Source of the DNA: Strigamia acuminata
Taxonomy: Eukaryota
Length of the DNA stretch: 64,000 nucleotides
NCBI GenBank assembly: GCA_949358305.1
Contig: OX442314.1
Location: 29,946,001-30,010,000 of the forward strand
Direction of reading: 5' to 3'
Part shown: positions 33,063 to 44,864 of the stretch, piece after piece
How the letters are laid out: each line of letters opens with the position of its first letter
How positions within the stretch are numbered: the first letter of the stretch is position 1
Program-made: the position numbers and the translations under genes
The notes under the pieces: generated by a model
The model's database searches: none
Seen by the model: the letters and a program-made list of their open reading frames with translations, nothing else
Told to the model about the DNA's origin: nothing

Positions 33063-34200
33063 TGGCAAACTTATGGCAATATTATGGCAAAATTGTTGCC
33101 AAATTCTGGCAAACTTGTGACCAAATTATGGCCAAATTCTGGCAAAATTATCGCTAAATTCTGGCCAAATTCTGGCCAACTTGTGGCTAAATTGTAGCCA
33201 AATTATGGATAAATTGTGGCAAAATTCTGGCCAACTTGTGGCTAAATTGTAGCCAAATTATGGATAAATTGTGGCAAAATTTTGGCCAACTTGTGGCTAA
33301 ATTGTAGCCAAATTATGGATAAATTGTGGCAAAATTATGGCCAACTTGTGGCTAAATTGTGGCCAAATTATGGCAAAATTGTTGCCAAATTATGGCCAAA
33401 TTATGACCAACTTGTGGCTAAATTGTAGCCAAATTATGGATAAATTGTGGCAAAATTCTGGCCAACTTGTGGCTAAATTGTGGGTTTTGTGGCCAAATTA
33501 TGGCAAAATTGTTGCCAAATTCTGGCCAAATTCTGGCCAACTTGTTGCTAAATTGTAGCCAAATTATGGATAAATTGTGGCAAAATTCTGGCCAACTTGT
33601 GGCTAAATTGTGGCCAAATTATGGCAAAATTGTTGCCAAATTCTGGCAAACTTGTGACCAAATTATGGCCAAATTCTGGCAAAATTATCGCAAAATTCTG
33701 GTCAAATTCTGGCCAACTTGTGGCTAAATTGTAGCCAAATTATGGATAAATTGTAGCAAAATTATGGCCAACTTGTGGCTAAATTGTGGCCAAATTATGG
33801 CAAAATTGTTGCCAAATTATGGCCAAATTATGACCAACTTGTGGCTAAATTGTAGCCAAATTATGGATAAATTGTGGCAAAATTCTGGCCAACTTGTGGC
33901 TAAATTGTGGGTTTTGTGGCCAAATTATGGCAAAATTGTTGCCAAATTCTGGCCAAATTCTGGCCAACTTGTTGCTAAATTGTAGCCAAATTATGGATAA
34001 ATTGTGGCAAAATTCTGGCCAACTTGTGGCTAAATTGTGGCAAAATTATGGCAAAATTGTTGCCAAATTCTGGCAAACTTGTGACCAAATTATGGCCAAA
34101 TTCTGGCAAAATTATCGCTAAATTCTGGCCAAATTCAGGTTAAATTCTGACAAACTTGTGGCGAAATACTGGCGAAATTGTGGCCAACTTGTGGCGAAAA
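33063..34200. repeat. ~11-bp satellite (GGCCAAATTnT variants) with a 427-bp higher-order duplication
   Basis: Identical translated blocks start at 33337 and 33764. Confidence 0.93.
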
Positions 34201-34439
34201 TCTGAATATCAACTCAGATTTTTAAAATATTTAATAATTCCCAAGACCGTGGCTACAAATTGTTCAAAACTGTATACAAAAAAAATCGATTTTTGCAAAT
34301 TAAAAGTCCAACCATAATTCCAATCAAAAAGTTATTGACCCCATCGTTTTCAGCGGGATTTTCCACACTGGAAACTTTATTTAAACATTCCAATCGGTTC
34401 TTTTTTCAAATTTTAGGTTTTTCATGATCGAATCCAAAT

Positions 34440-34960
34440 TTTGCACTAAATTCCTCATTCGGTCGCCGCTAAGATCGCCCGAATCGGTACTTTTTCTCAA
34501 CCGATTCGAATTTTAAAAAATACAGACTTGTGCAGATTTTGATTATCTTTCGAATGAGCTTGGTTTCAGAATTATCTGACCTCATTTTGATACAGAAAAC
34601 ATAAAAAAAAACATCGAGACGAACATTTTCAAATTTCTCCATTCGATCAATCGCCCGAATCGCTACTTTATTTCACCCGAATCAAAAAATAAAAAATGCA
34701 AGCGCGTGCAGAATTGTCTGCTCTTTAAAATGAGCTTGGTTTCAGAATTTTCCGAACTCATCTTGATGTAGAAACAATTGAAAAACATATTGCGACGAAC
34801 ATTTTCAACCGAACTTCCATTCGGTCACCCGCTAAGATCGCTCCTTAACGCTACTTTTTATTCATCGAAAAATTTTAAAAAGGACACAGACTGGTGCAGT
34901 TTTTCATTCTCTTTCGAATGAGCTTGGTTTGGTAATTTACAAATCTCATTATAAACCGCC
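34440..34960. repeat. Three diverged ~185-bp tandem units containing CTTTCGAATGAGCTTGGTTT
   Basis: Motif recurs at ~34548, ~34723 and ~34911. Confidence 0.7.
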
Positions 34961-35383
34961 ACCAGGTGGCGCCACCGTTCCTCGAAAATTACAAAAGTTA
35001 CACACTTCCTGCATCGTACTTGTTGTTAATTTATGAGAGGCTGTACTCGTATCTGAGCAAGCGTCGAGATAGCCAACATCAATCCGATCGCGGTAATAGT
35101 CATTTTCCGACTATCTACCGCCATTGGGTGCCAGATTATCAATCAAAGAATTTCCGTCCTCAAAACCCCCTAGACCATGCCGCATATATTTTTTTCTACA
35201 TCATCACTACCGATCATCCGCCCGTTACCGATTGCCAGACATTGCTAGCGATCATCACACATCATCATCATGTGTTTTTGGATTTTTTTCTTTTTCTTCT
35301 AACAACTCCCACGAACCTTAACTGATCTTTTTAATGTGATAGGAATTGGGCACTTATTGACTCGTGATATGTCTGGGGAAAAT

Positions 35384-36001
35384 TGTGACAATCTGTGGTG
35401 ACCACGAGGTCACAAAAGTGTTTTAATTAGTTATGACTTAATAAATAGTGATTTTAGTATTCATAATAAAATGATTGTCAGATTACTGCGGGAAAACTAG
35501 CTATACTAGTTTTACCGTTTCTGCGGGATTGACGTAACAACGTCATGAATTTGCATAATTCTCCAAATTTATGCGAATACGTCATTTCCGGTCCAACAAG
35601 TATTTAAACCCGTGTCTGACCGGAAACCCCCACTATATAGATACCAGAGCAACATTAGCATCACCACCTCACCGTCAGGCCGTTTTACCGGATTGATAGA
35701 GGATCGATGCCCGTTGCCAATTACATCTATAAACAGAAGTCACAGATATTATCGTAGCAATACTACGATTGTAATATCTCCCGAAGCGAAGCGTTTGCGA
35801 ACACGTGTTTCGCCAGACGCCATTACCCTAGACAACAGAAGCCACGTGTAAGACTGCCGTGCAGCAACAAATCGTATCCGCCGACAAGGATCCGAGACCA
35901 CAACATTGTTAAGTATTATTGTAATATTACAGTGTTTCAATAAAAAGGTTATTTGTAAGATATTTGTGTAAAGTTTATTTACCGGAACTAAGGTTACGAC
36001 A
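35384..36001 (+). mobile_element. Possible solo LTR
   Basis: TGTGACA...CGACA ends, TATTTAAA ~35601, AATAAA ~35939; no clean TSD. Confidence 0.35.
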
Positions 36002-37634
36002 AATCGCTACCGATGTCTGGCGATCGGTAATGGGCCGATAATCAGTAGTGATGATGCAGAAAAAAAAATGCACAAAGGCCAAGCATATACGAAGCATTCC
36101 ACCGCTTCCGACGAGCGACCCCAAGATGAGACCAACAACTAACTTGTAAGTCAAGGCCATCCATCCATGACCACGCAAATCCAATGACGCATTCTTGGAT
36201 TCCATCAATTGTAATTTTATTTTATTCTAGCCTTTTTTAGTAAACACTATACAGTTTATCTTTACATATAGTGTAATAAGTCATTTGTGTACACAGATCT
36301 TCAAGTAATCAAACCACAGTGTTACTACTTGACCGGTAATTTTACATCGCTGGATGTATTCTTAATGTGTCCTTTCAGGGTTTTGTGATGTGTAAATGTG
36401 CATTTGTTGAGGAGTCAAGAAATGGCTGCCATTGAGTTGGGTGAGGAACAACTAGGAACAACTAGAGTCTTTGATTACTCTCTAAGAACAAGGGGGGTCA
36501 AGTCACCCTGGGGGGTGACTGTGTCACAAACAGATGTGGAGGAATGAAAATGAGTGGAGTGGAAACACTCCAATTCTCTAACATGTGATAGTGAATTTAT
36601 TGTCAGGCCTTTTTTGAACTAACAAAATCTAATGATGGGTTTGCTCACAAAACACAACTCATTGTTTTTTATTCATTATTGTTACCTGTTTTTGGTAAAA
36701 TCCGATTTTTGCAGACATTCCCGAAGTTAAGGCAAATCCTACTTGGAAATCCAATGGCCATGTAGCTAGTACCTGAAATTAGATTTTGCAAGTGTATATT
36801 TATACAAGTAAATGGAATTAAACCAATTGATGTCATTGTATGGTTTGACAGAATTTATTATCCGCACAAAATAGTTTTATACAGGGTGGTGCAGAAAGTC
36901 TGGTTCACAGTAAATAATTTCCAAACCGTTTTAGATGATGATTTAGCAAAATGATTGTAAGGGTAGTATGTCGGGGGAAATCCAATTATGACATCCAACT
37001 TGACCTCAGAGGTCAACTTCAAGGTTATCCATATTGTAACTCGAGAACCGTGACAGATAGAGAGAAAAAGTGAATCAGAAAGTTGTAGAGGACCATCTAA
37101 TTAGTTTAGAACTGTTCTTAAAAAAATTATTTCTTCCCCAAAAGTTTTGAGAAAAAAAGGTTTGAAATGGTAGTCTACTCAGCTTAGTAACCTAAAACTA
37201 TTGAGGCAATCAAGCTAATCCTCAATTAGAACACTTTATTGGGTGATACTTGTAACTGGAAGAGAGGAAAGGAAACACAAAAGAAAGGAAATAATTTATT
37301 TTGGAAATACATTCCAACATGATTGTTTTAGGTTACAAAGCTGAGTAGAGCGGGAGACCGTGAGCTGTGAGCACCAGGACTGAATTGTAAGTTTGGGCTC
37401 ACAAGGAGACCGCAGGAGTGTGTAATACACAATTGTTAAAATTATTGTTAAATAAAGGATTCACATGACCTGAGCAATGTTTCTTTCAAATATTTAAATG
37501 CAACGCTCTCTCACATTGTTACAAACAGTTACAACACAAAGGATTCTTTACTGTGTGTTGAAACACTATTTTTTGAATTTTTGAGTAAAAAGATCAAGTG
37601 TAGCACTATACTTGGTGATTAGCCTGTTCAAACT

Positions 37635-37945
37635 TGTGACGGTTATAAAACCGTATTGATTAATGTTCACACTAGATGGCGCTGTTCATTTAACGCGCGC
37701 AGTTTAAACTTGATAAAATCAAAGATTCGTGATAATTAATTGTTACAATGACGTGAATAAAATATAAGTTATTTTATTTGGCATAATAAAGTGTTAGCTA
37801 CTTGAGATATTGATTCTACCGAATCAATATCACGTTTTACTTACCTTTCGAAGAGAACCAATCGGACTCTTCTGGACCCAGTTCACTACTAGGTTGGGAT
37901 TAAAGCGACCTGCGAATCCATGGATTTGGGCATCTGATTGGCTAT
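37635..37945 (+). mobile_element. Partial diverged copy of the U3 end of the 13216-14765 LTR
   Basis: TGTGACGGTTATAAAACCGTATT...CACTAGATGGCGCTG...AACGCGCGCAGTTTAAACT colinear with 13216-13525. Confidence 0.9.
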
Positions 37946-39420
37946 CATCCAGAGAGTCTTGCGTAATTGCAAGGGTGTTAAGAACTATGCCGATAATGTG
38001 ACGGAGGTGGGTTCATCAGTTATGGATCATCACAACAATTTGGACAAAGTGTTAGTGACATTGAAGGAAAATGGATTGACACTGAACCGGAAGAAGTGTA
38101 AATTTGGAATGGAAAAATTGGCATTTCTGGGTAATTTGGTCACATCAAAAGGAGTGGCATTAGGTGAAGAGAAAATTCGAAAAATGAAAGAATTGCGAGA
38201 TCCGGAAGATGTGCATGAATTGAGAGGAGTTTTGGGTTTGGCAAATGCGTGTGAAAAATTTTTGCCACATTTAGCCAACATGGTCGAGCCGATGAGACGG
38301 TTGACACGCAAAAATGCAGTCTGGAATTGGGATCAAGAGCAAAAGAAAGCATTCCAGCGACTTAAACAGGCTGTGGCTGAGGCGACAATGCTGAATTATT
38401 TCAAGAAGGATTTGGAAACCTTTCTAGTCGTGGATGCAGGACCAAATGGCCTTGGAGCAGTGTTGACGCAGCGAAAAAAGGAAGGAGGACTTGCGATTAT
38501 TGCGTTTGCCAGCAAAGCGTTGAGTGAGACGGAAAGAAGATACTCACAGACAGAAAAGAAAGCTTTGGCAGTTATTTGGGGTTGTGAGAAGTTTCACATG
38601 TATTTGTTTGGGAGACAATTTACGGTGGTTACAGATCATAAACCGTTAGAAGTCATTTATTCGGCAACCCCAAGAGCTTCAGCGAGAATTGAGCAATGGT
38701 TATTGCGACTGCAACAATATAAGTTTGCCATTAAATATGAGAGCGGACTGACAAATATCGCGGATCCTCTGTCTAGGCTTTTAAAGACTGAAGGAAAACC
38801 TGAAAGATCTATTGAGAAATTGACTGAACATTATGTCAATTTTATGGTGCAACATGCAATTCCAAAAGCGGTGACGATTGAAGAAATTATCCAAGCAACT
38901 GGAAATGATGCTGAGCTACAACAAGTAATAACAGCAATTCAAACAGGAAGTTGGAACAATGCGCAAAAAGATTTCAAGCAGATAAAAATGGAACTGACCA
39001 GCGTTGGTGGTGTGGTTTTGCGAGAGAACCGTATCGTGATTCCATTAGAACTACGTAAGAAGATTTTGGCTATTGTGCATGAAAGTCATCAAGGGATAGT
39101 GCGAACCAAAGCATTGCTGAGAGGAAAGGTTTGGTGGCCAGGTATGGACACACAATTAGAGGACATGATTCGAGCATGCATCCCATGTCAAGCACAAGCG
39201 CAACCAGATCGTGTTCAACCAATGAGGATGACGGACTGGGCTACGAAACCATAGAAACACTTGGCGGTTGATATTTGTGGACCATTTCCAGATGGAAGCA
39301 GCGTTGTAGTGTTGGTAGATTATTACACCAAATGGCCAGAAGCAAAAGTGATGACATACAGCACGTAAAATTGTTGATTGGTTTGAAGATGTGTCTCACC
39401 CTTCAGCCAACGGTCTTGCA
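37946..39420 (+). mobile_element. Degenerate Gypsy pol fragment (RT C-terminus, RNase H, integrase N-terminus) from a different family
   Basis: YADN (mutated YxDD), VDAGPNGLGAVL, TDHKPL, IADPLSR, HESHQG...WWPG...CIPC; stop at 39254. Confidence 0.9.
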
Positions 39421-40213
39421 GCCATATCGCCATCCATTTGGCGCTGTTTACTGCCCGCTTTAGAGGTGAATTTATCAAGATCCAACTGTCAGGTGTGGTA
39501 TCCCAAGGAAACCATGGAAATCATAGATAGAGAATGTTTTTTGAAGAGAGAGAAAAAGCAAAAAGAGTGTAAACAAAAATAATAAACTTCCAAATTGCAA
39601 AGACTTGTTCAAAACTGTGGTTTGAGCACAGTCTCTCCACAAGCTGAGACAACTCAGAACTTTAAAGAAGATGAATAAAATTCAGAAAATCAAAGTTACA
39701 GGCTGGATTCCCAGTCTTTTTTCAAAGCTGGTAGCCACCTGAACGCACAGATATCGTTCCTACGACCTAACGAACTCTTTGTACCAGTTGAGCACTTCAC
39801 CATCAGTATCCCCGTACCTCCGGCAGCTTGCCCTGCTGTCCGAGTCCCAATCTTTCACAGTTCTTGGGTTGTATCCAACTTGCAACTGTTTCCGACCAGT
39901 ACACGGGACAGGGTAGGGATTGAAACGGTGTGAACCCTGGAAAACACAGAACAGCAGCAGGGCAACTCACTGCAGATGAATTGCCTCAGCAACTTTTAAG
40001 TCAGTCGGTCTCGCGTGTGCCCACACTTCGCTACCTACCCGGATCAAATTTTTTGAAGCTACGTCCTATTGTACGTCCTATTGTACGTCCTATTGTACGG
40101 AAGTAAAGAAGACGAGAACCGGGAACAAGAAAGCGTGTGCGGAAGTCGAGAAGACGAGACCCAAGAACGTAAAAATTCGCGAATGGCACGAGAAGCTTGG
40201 ACACAAATCAATT

Positions 40214-40801
40214 TTGAAGAAACTGAAAAACGACGTTGCAGAACAAATAAGTCGAACATTAATGGAAATGGCGCGATGTATGATTTTGCAGTCGAGTGAG
40301 GAATCGAGTGTGGAACTAGACGAAAACGAGAACGAAGTCGAAATTTCCGAGAACGAGAACAAAGTCGAAATTTCCGAGAACGAGAACGAGAACGAAGTCG
40401 AAATCGAGATCAATGACGAAGTCGAGAACGAGACGGAACAAGGGGAAGTTGAAACTCCCCAGATCAAAAACATACGACTGCCTCCGCGACAATCTTCGAG
40501 AACTCGGAAACTGTATTCAAATCAAAATGGAAAGCCACCAGGAAGAATTCGATATGAGGAGTATTAATTAGTAAAATGTATTATTTGGATTGTAGGGAAA
40601 CAAACACTCAGGGGAAGTGTTGTGATTGAGTGTGTTGTTGTCCCACCAGGTGAACATTCTCACCTGACGTATTGGCACCGACCAATCAGTGTCGTGTGCA
40701 CCATTTACCCCTGTACTATTGTTTGCAACTTTGAATAAAATATTCACCATATTGATTTACCCAACCACGCGTCTCCATGTTGTAATTCCCAACCTTTGAC
40801 A
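40214..40801 (+). mobile_element. Internally deleted Ty1/copia-like remnant with 3' LTR (40618-40801)
   Basis: VAEQISRTLMEMARCMILQS matches the copia integrase ERxNRTLxExARxM motif; PPT GGGGAAG, then TGT...ACA with AATAAA. Confidence 0.65.
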
Positions 40802-43154
40802 CTAAAAACTACACTACTTTTACAACTAAAAAAAATATTTGAGACTGTATTTTTATTATTATACCAATGCCTTCTTGGCTTTAGATGCTTCTGGTCCAAA
40901 GGCACATTTATGGCTTCATTTGGGTCAAAATGAGGAAATTTTCACCAATTGCAATGCCTATTGTATGTTTGTATATAGTACACTGTATACATTAAAGAGA
41001 GTAGGACTAGAATAACCTCCATCTTCTCATTTCAGTCGAGACTTGACTTGATCTTGCTACGTTCATAAGGTATGTGCGGGAAAATTAAGCTCCCACAATG
41101 CAAAGCACCCCTCTCGACCAATTGAAGCATCGATGTGTCCTCTTGGAAAATTTAACAAGAACTTTCCAGTCCGCAGGGATGATGGTTATATGTTTAATAT
41201 AGACAAAGTTTAAAATAATTTACCAGCGTTAGAGATTTTCCTAGTACCAATTCCGGTATTTTTAAGTAGTAACCCATTGTAGCACCTATTTCATGCCCAC
41301 GCAGAATTGTTTTGTCTACGGAAAAAAAAATTACAAATTGCTCGAATCAATAAGAAATCGAGTTTATTAATTCACCTCCAATTTTGCTACAAGTACCCCT
41401 TGGATGCAGTTCTTGCGTAATAGTTACATTTTCTAGGACAAGTGTCTAACAATATCAGACACACATTAGGATCAAAATTAAATTTGAACTTTAATAAACA
41501 TATATAGTGCATAGTTTCTTATAAACTTACTCTTTGCTGACGCTTACTGTCGAAGGAGAAGTAGTCCTCAATGATATTGAAACTGTAGTTCAAATTCCAC
41601 AACTTGGTAAGATCAACGTCAGGTCTTGTTATGAGTGCATCCAATGGGTTTAGAGAAGCCACGTCTGTCACTTCTAATTCGGACGATTTGTAGTAATCCA
41701 ACACATACTGATTTAGTGGTACACAAACATGACTGGGTGCATGGTAGCCCTCTTCCATCTTTTCTTCAAAGACATCGACCGTAGTTGGACTATCCAAGTA
41801 TTAAGAAATGCGATCGTACATTTGATAGCAGTAGATGAGAATGCAGACACCAAGAAGAAGAGCCCAAAAGAACCGAAATGCAAGTGTTTTGTTCTTATCG
41901 ATCATTGGTTGAAACTCTCCAGGAATTTTCGTTTTGATGTTTTGCCTCTCGAGTAAATGTCTCACTTGATGGCGAATTGTTCTGCGGGATCGTCGTTTAC
42001 TTTCCATTTTACTGTTGCTGAACAAGTAACGGCAAAACTGAATGTATAATTTGACGTATATTTAAATGTTGTCGAGCATATTGAATGGCTCCCGAGAATT
42101 TATAATTTATACGGGAAAAACAACGGCTGCAACACCAGGTCTGAATAAAAAACAAACACTCAGAAACGTATAATTACAGGCATATTCACAGTTCCGAAAT
42201 TATTAATATTTTATTTTTTATACCGTAGTTTCATTTCTATCTCGTTTGTACACTAAGGAAAATTAAAAATTGAAATGAAAAGTATATGTTTTCCGTTTTC
42301 AGATAGTAGAGCTAGCCTTCAAACCACACTTGTGTTGAGTAATAATGATCGTATCCTACAAAGGTAAAAAGAATATCTTTAAAAAAAAATAATAGAAGTT
42401 TAATCGGCGATTAATCTTCCAATGGTTCATCTAACACCAAATTAATATACTTTTATGACTATTACAATCGCGATAACATTGTTGAAATTGGTGGCCAACT
42501 CAGGGAACTCCTCTTATTTTTGTACTTTTAAGTCCATTATTGATCTGTTGTGATCACTTTGCTGCGGCACACTAGAACGACTGGACGAGTCATTTTGACT
42601 GTTTAAAACAGCTTGTGACCGCTTGGCCACCCACGGTGACCAGTGTCACTCCACGTGGAGTGGCAAAGGGCGACAGCCTTAAGACCACTGAACAGTGTGG
42701 TTAAACTTCGTTAAAAACTAATTGTGTTTCCCCAATTGGAATTGATTCTCCTTACATAAAAGAAGGATCTGTATGTCCACCAATAAGATCTGATCAGTGG
42801 GGTTTGATTACATGTGTAACAATCACACTGTTTTGACTGTACTAAATGATTAATTTCACCAATAGATGGCGCTGATGTTATTTAGCGGGAAATATTACTT
42901 ATAAACGTTTGTGATTCATACATAAAGTAAATAAAATCATGTTTTATGGCTGTTTCGAGTCAAATCTGGTTTTTAACATATTTATTCATACAAATATTTA
43001 GTTACAAATAGTTTATGATAATATTCTTAGAATTTATCATAAAACTAGGTTATGGATTAGAACCACCCTTCGCATCTGCACCAAGTTCACACTACACCTG
43101 GATTAAGTGAAAAGACTTAAATAAAAATTTTAAAAAAATTGTTGTATTTTATTA

Positions 43155-44219
43155 TTACCATTTTAGCCACTGATGTTTGAGTGACTCTTTTGCCGAAGAG
43201 CGGTTATGCGGATCAATCGCCAACATGGGCAATAAAAACTCGGCAAACTTGCGCGCTTCGTCTTCATTCCAGCCATGTGTTTTAGTAAGCAATTCAATCA
43301 ATCCACGTATCTTCATTTTAGGATAATGGCGAAGCTTCTCCTTCCTAGAAAAATATTTTAAAGTGTTTTTCTCGATCTTTCGTTGTGGTATACCGCCCAG
43401 CAATTCCAATATACGTAACATGTGTAGCAAATCCTCTTTCCGACTCTCTTCGTCATGAATTGGAAACAGAAAATGACCGGTTGCCAAATCAAATGCCATG
43501 CAAGCAGTGCTCCAAACATCAGCATTCGGTCCGTAATCTGCTTCCAACAAAACCTCTGGACAACGATACGCACTTGCTTGAATAAGAGTCGAGAAATGTC
43601 GATTGACCCAACAGCCATTTCCAAGATCGGCTATTGTAACCGTCAGTTCTTCTCGAGCATTCTTCACCAATAAGATATTATCTGGTTTAATATCCGTATG
43701 AATAATTCTACACGTTGTGTGCAAGTAATCCAGGGATTCGAGTACCTGTCGTATGATTCTTTTTACACTCGCTATTGGCAGACCTTTATCCTCTGAATTA
43801 ATGTTATATTTTAACAAATCTTGGCCCAAAACGTCAAACACCATGCACACGTGAGGGCCATACGTACCATTGAGTTCAAAATTGTCTCGTAAGTGAACTA
43901 TTTTGCCCTTATGAGATCCATCGGGGTCGCAGCGTCGTATGTGTTCGAGAATTTTGATCTCCCTTAGAGCTGATGTTGTGGCTTCTAGCGAAGTTTTCAT
44001 TATCTTTAATGCGACAGACTGCAGGTCGTGTTCGTCCCAGCACAGCCAAACGGTTGAGAAATTGCCCCAACCGAGTTTGCGAAGAACTGTGTATCTATTG
44101 CAAATCGTTTCACCGATTTGCAATCGATAATAACCGCCAAAATAATAATCGTCTTGATCTTCGACGTCGCTATCGCGATCATCTTCGGTCGCACTTTGCA
44201 AATTATTGTTTTCGTCCAT
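43155..44219 (-). CDS. SRPK: Intronless SR-protein kinase-like (SRPK family), spacer-less
   Basis: GGYY...RKLGWGNFSTVWLCWD, VALKI, HVCMVFDVLG, IIHTDIKPDNILL, IADLGNGCW, YRCPEVLL, DVWSTACMAFDLATG; first ATG at 44219. Confidence 0.9.
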   Translation of the reverse strand: MDENNNLQSATEDDRDSDVEDQDDYYFGGYYRLQIGETICNRYTVLRKLGWGNFSTVWLCWDEHDLQSVALKIMKTSLEATTSALREIKILEHIRRCDPDGSHKGKIVHLRDNFELNGTYGPHVCMVFDVLGQDLLKYNINSEDKGLPIASVKRIIRQVLESLDYLHTTCRIIHTDIKPDNILLVKNAREELTVTIADLGNGCWVNRHFSTLIQASAYRCPEVLLEADYGPNADVWSTACMAFDLATGHFLFPIHDEESRKEDLLHMLRILELLGGIPQRKIEKNTLKYFSRKEKLRHYPKMKIRGLIELLTKTHGWNEDEARKFAEFLLPMLAIDPHNRSSAKESLKHQWLKW

Positions 44220-44864
44220 GTTTTCTTGCTTCAACGAGTGAAATAAAAATAGTATTGTGACGGTCGACTACTGCCAAACGAAGTGTTTATGTTCTAGACA
44301 GAGAGTCAGGAGATTATATATGTATCAAATTTTGAGTCACGTATATTTAACGTACCGTATGTTGCGATAACGTAATAGAAATGTAATTTTGTATATTTTT
44401 ATGTCCATTGTTGACATTTTGAATTGTATCATTCAACAAAACCTATACCATTATTATTATTAACACCAAAACCTGTTCATTGTAGTGTTTAGACGTAAAT
44501 AAATTAACATTTTGCTGAATCCTGTTGCCAAAAAATCTTTTTTTTAATCTTTTAGTACATTATACATTATGAAAATATTACTATTGTGGTTTACATTATT
44601 TATACAATCTAATTAAAAGGCATATTTACTGGATTTTCACTCCAAAAACCCACAAGTTACCCGATAAGTGGTTTAAAAACTAACATTTTTTTGAAAATAA
44701 GAGTCAGAAGCGTGGAAATATAATAATTCCAAACCGTAAACTTACAAATTCGATGTTTTTTGAACAGATTATTATCCCTAATATTAACAATACAGTATAT
44801 TTAAATTACATATGAGATGTCATCACCATACGATCAAATAAATCAATTCTTTTTCACTTCATTT

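Larger units (their letters stand above)
29567..42007 (-). pseudogene. Concatenated two-subunit DEG/ENaC, copy B (tandem duplicate of copy A)
   Basis: Same exon series as A (exon 1 42007-41531; junction exon ~32364-31557); nonsense TAA at ~41801 where A has TAT; 1-nt loss in an A-run at ~29700; introns expanded by TE and satellite insertions. Confidence 0.85.

Noticed and set aside
33337..34121. Repetitive short ORFs (also 50973-51392, 54306-54629, 62129-62677)
   Set aside because: Translations of satellite DNA
36882..37330. TACAGGGTG-starting Tc1-like element
   Set aside because: No matching right TIR found; boundaries unsupported
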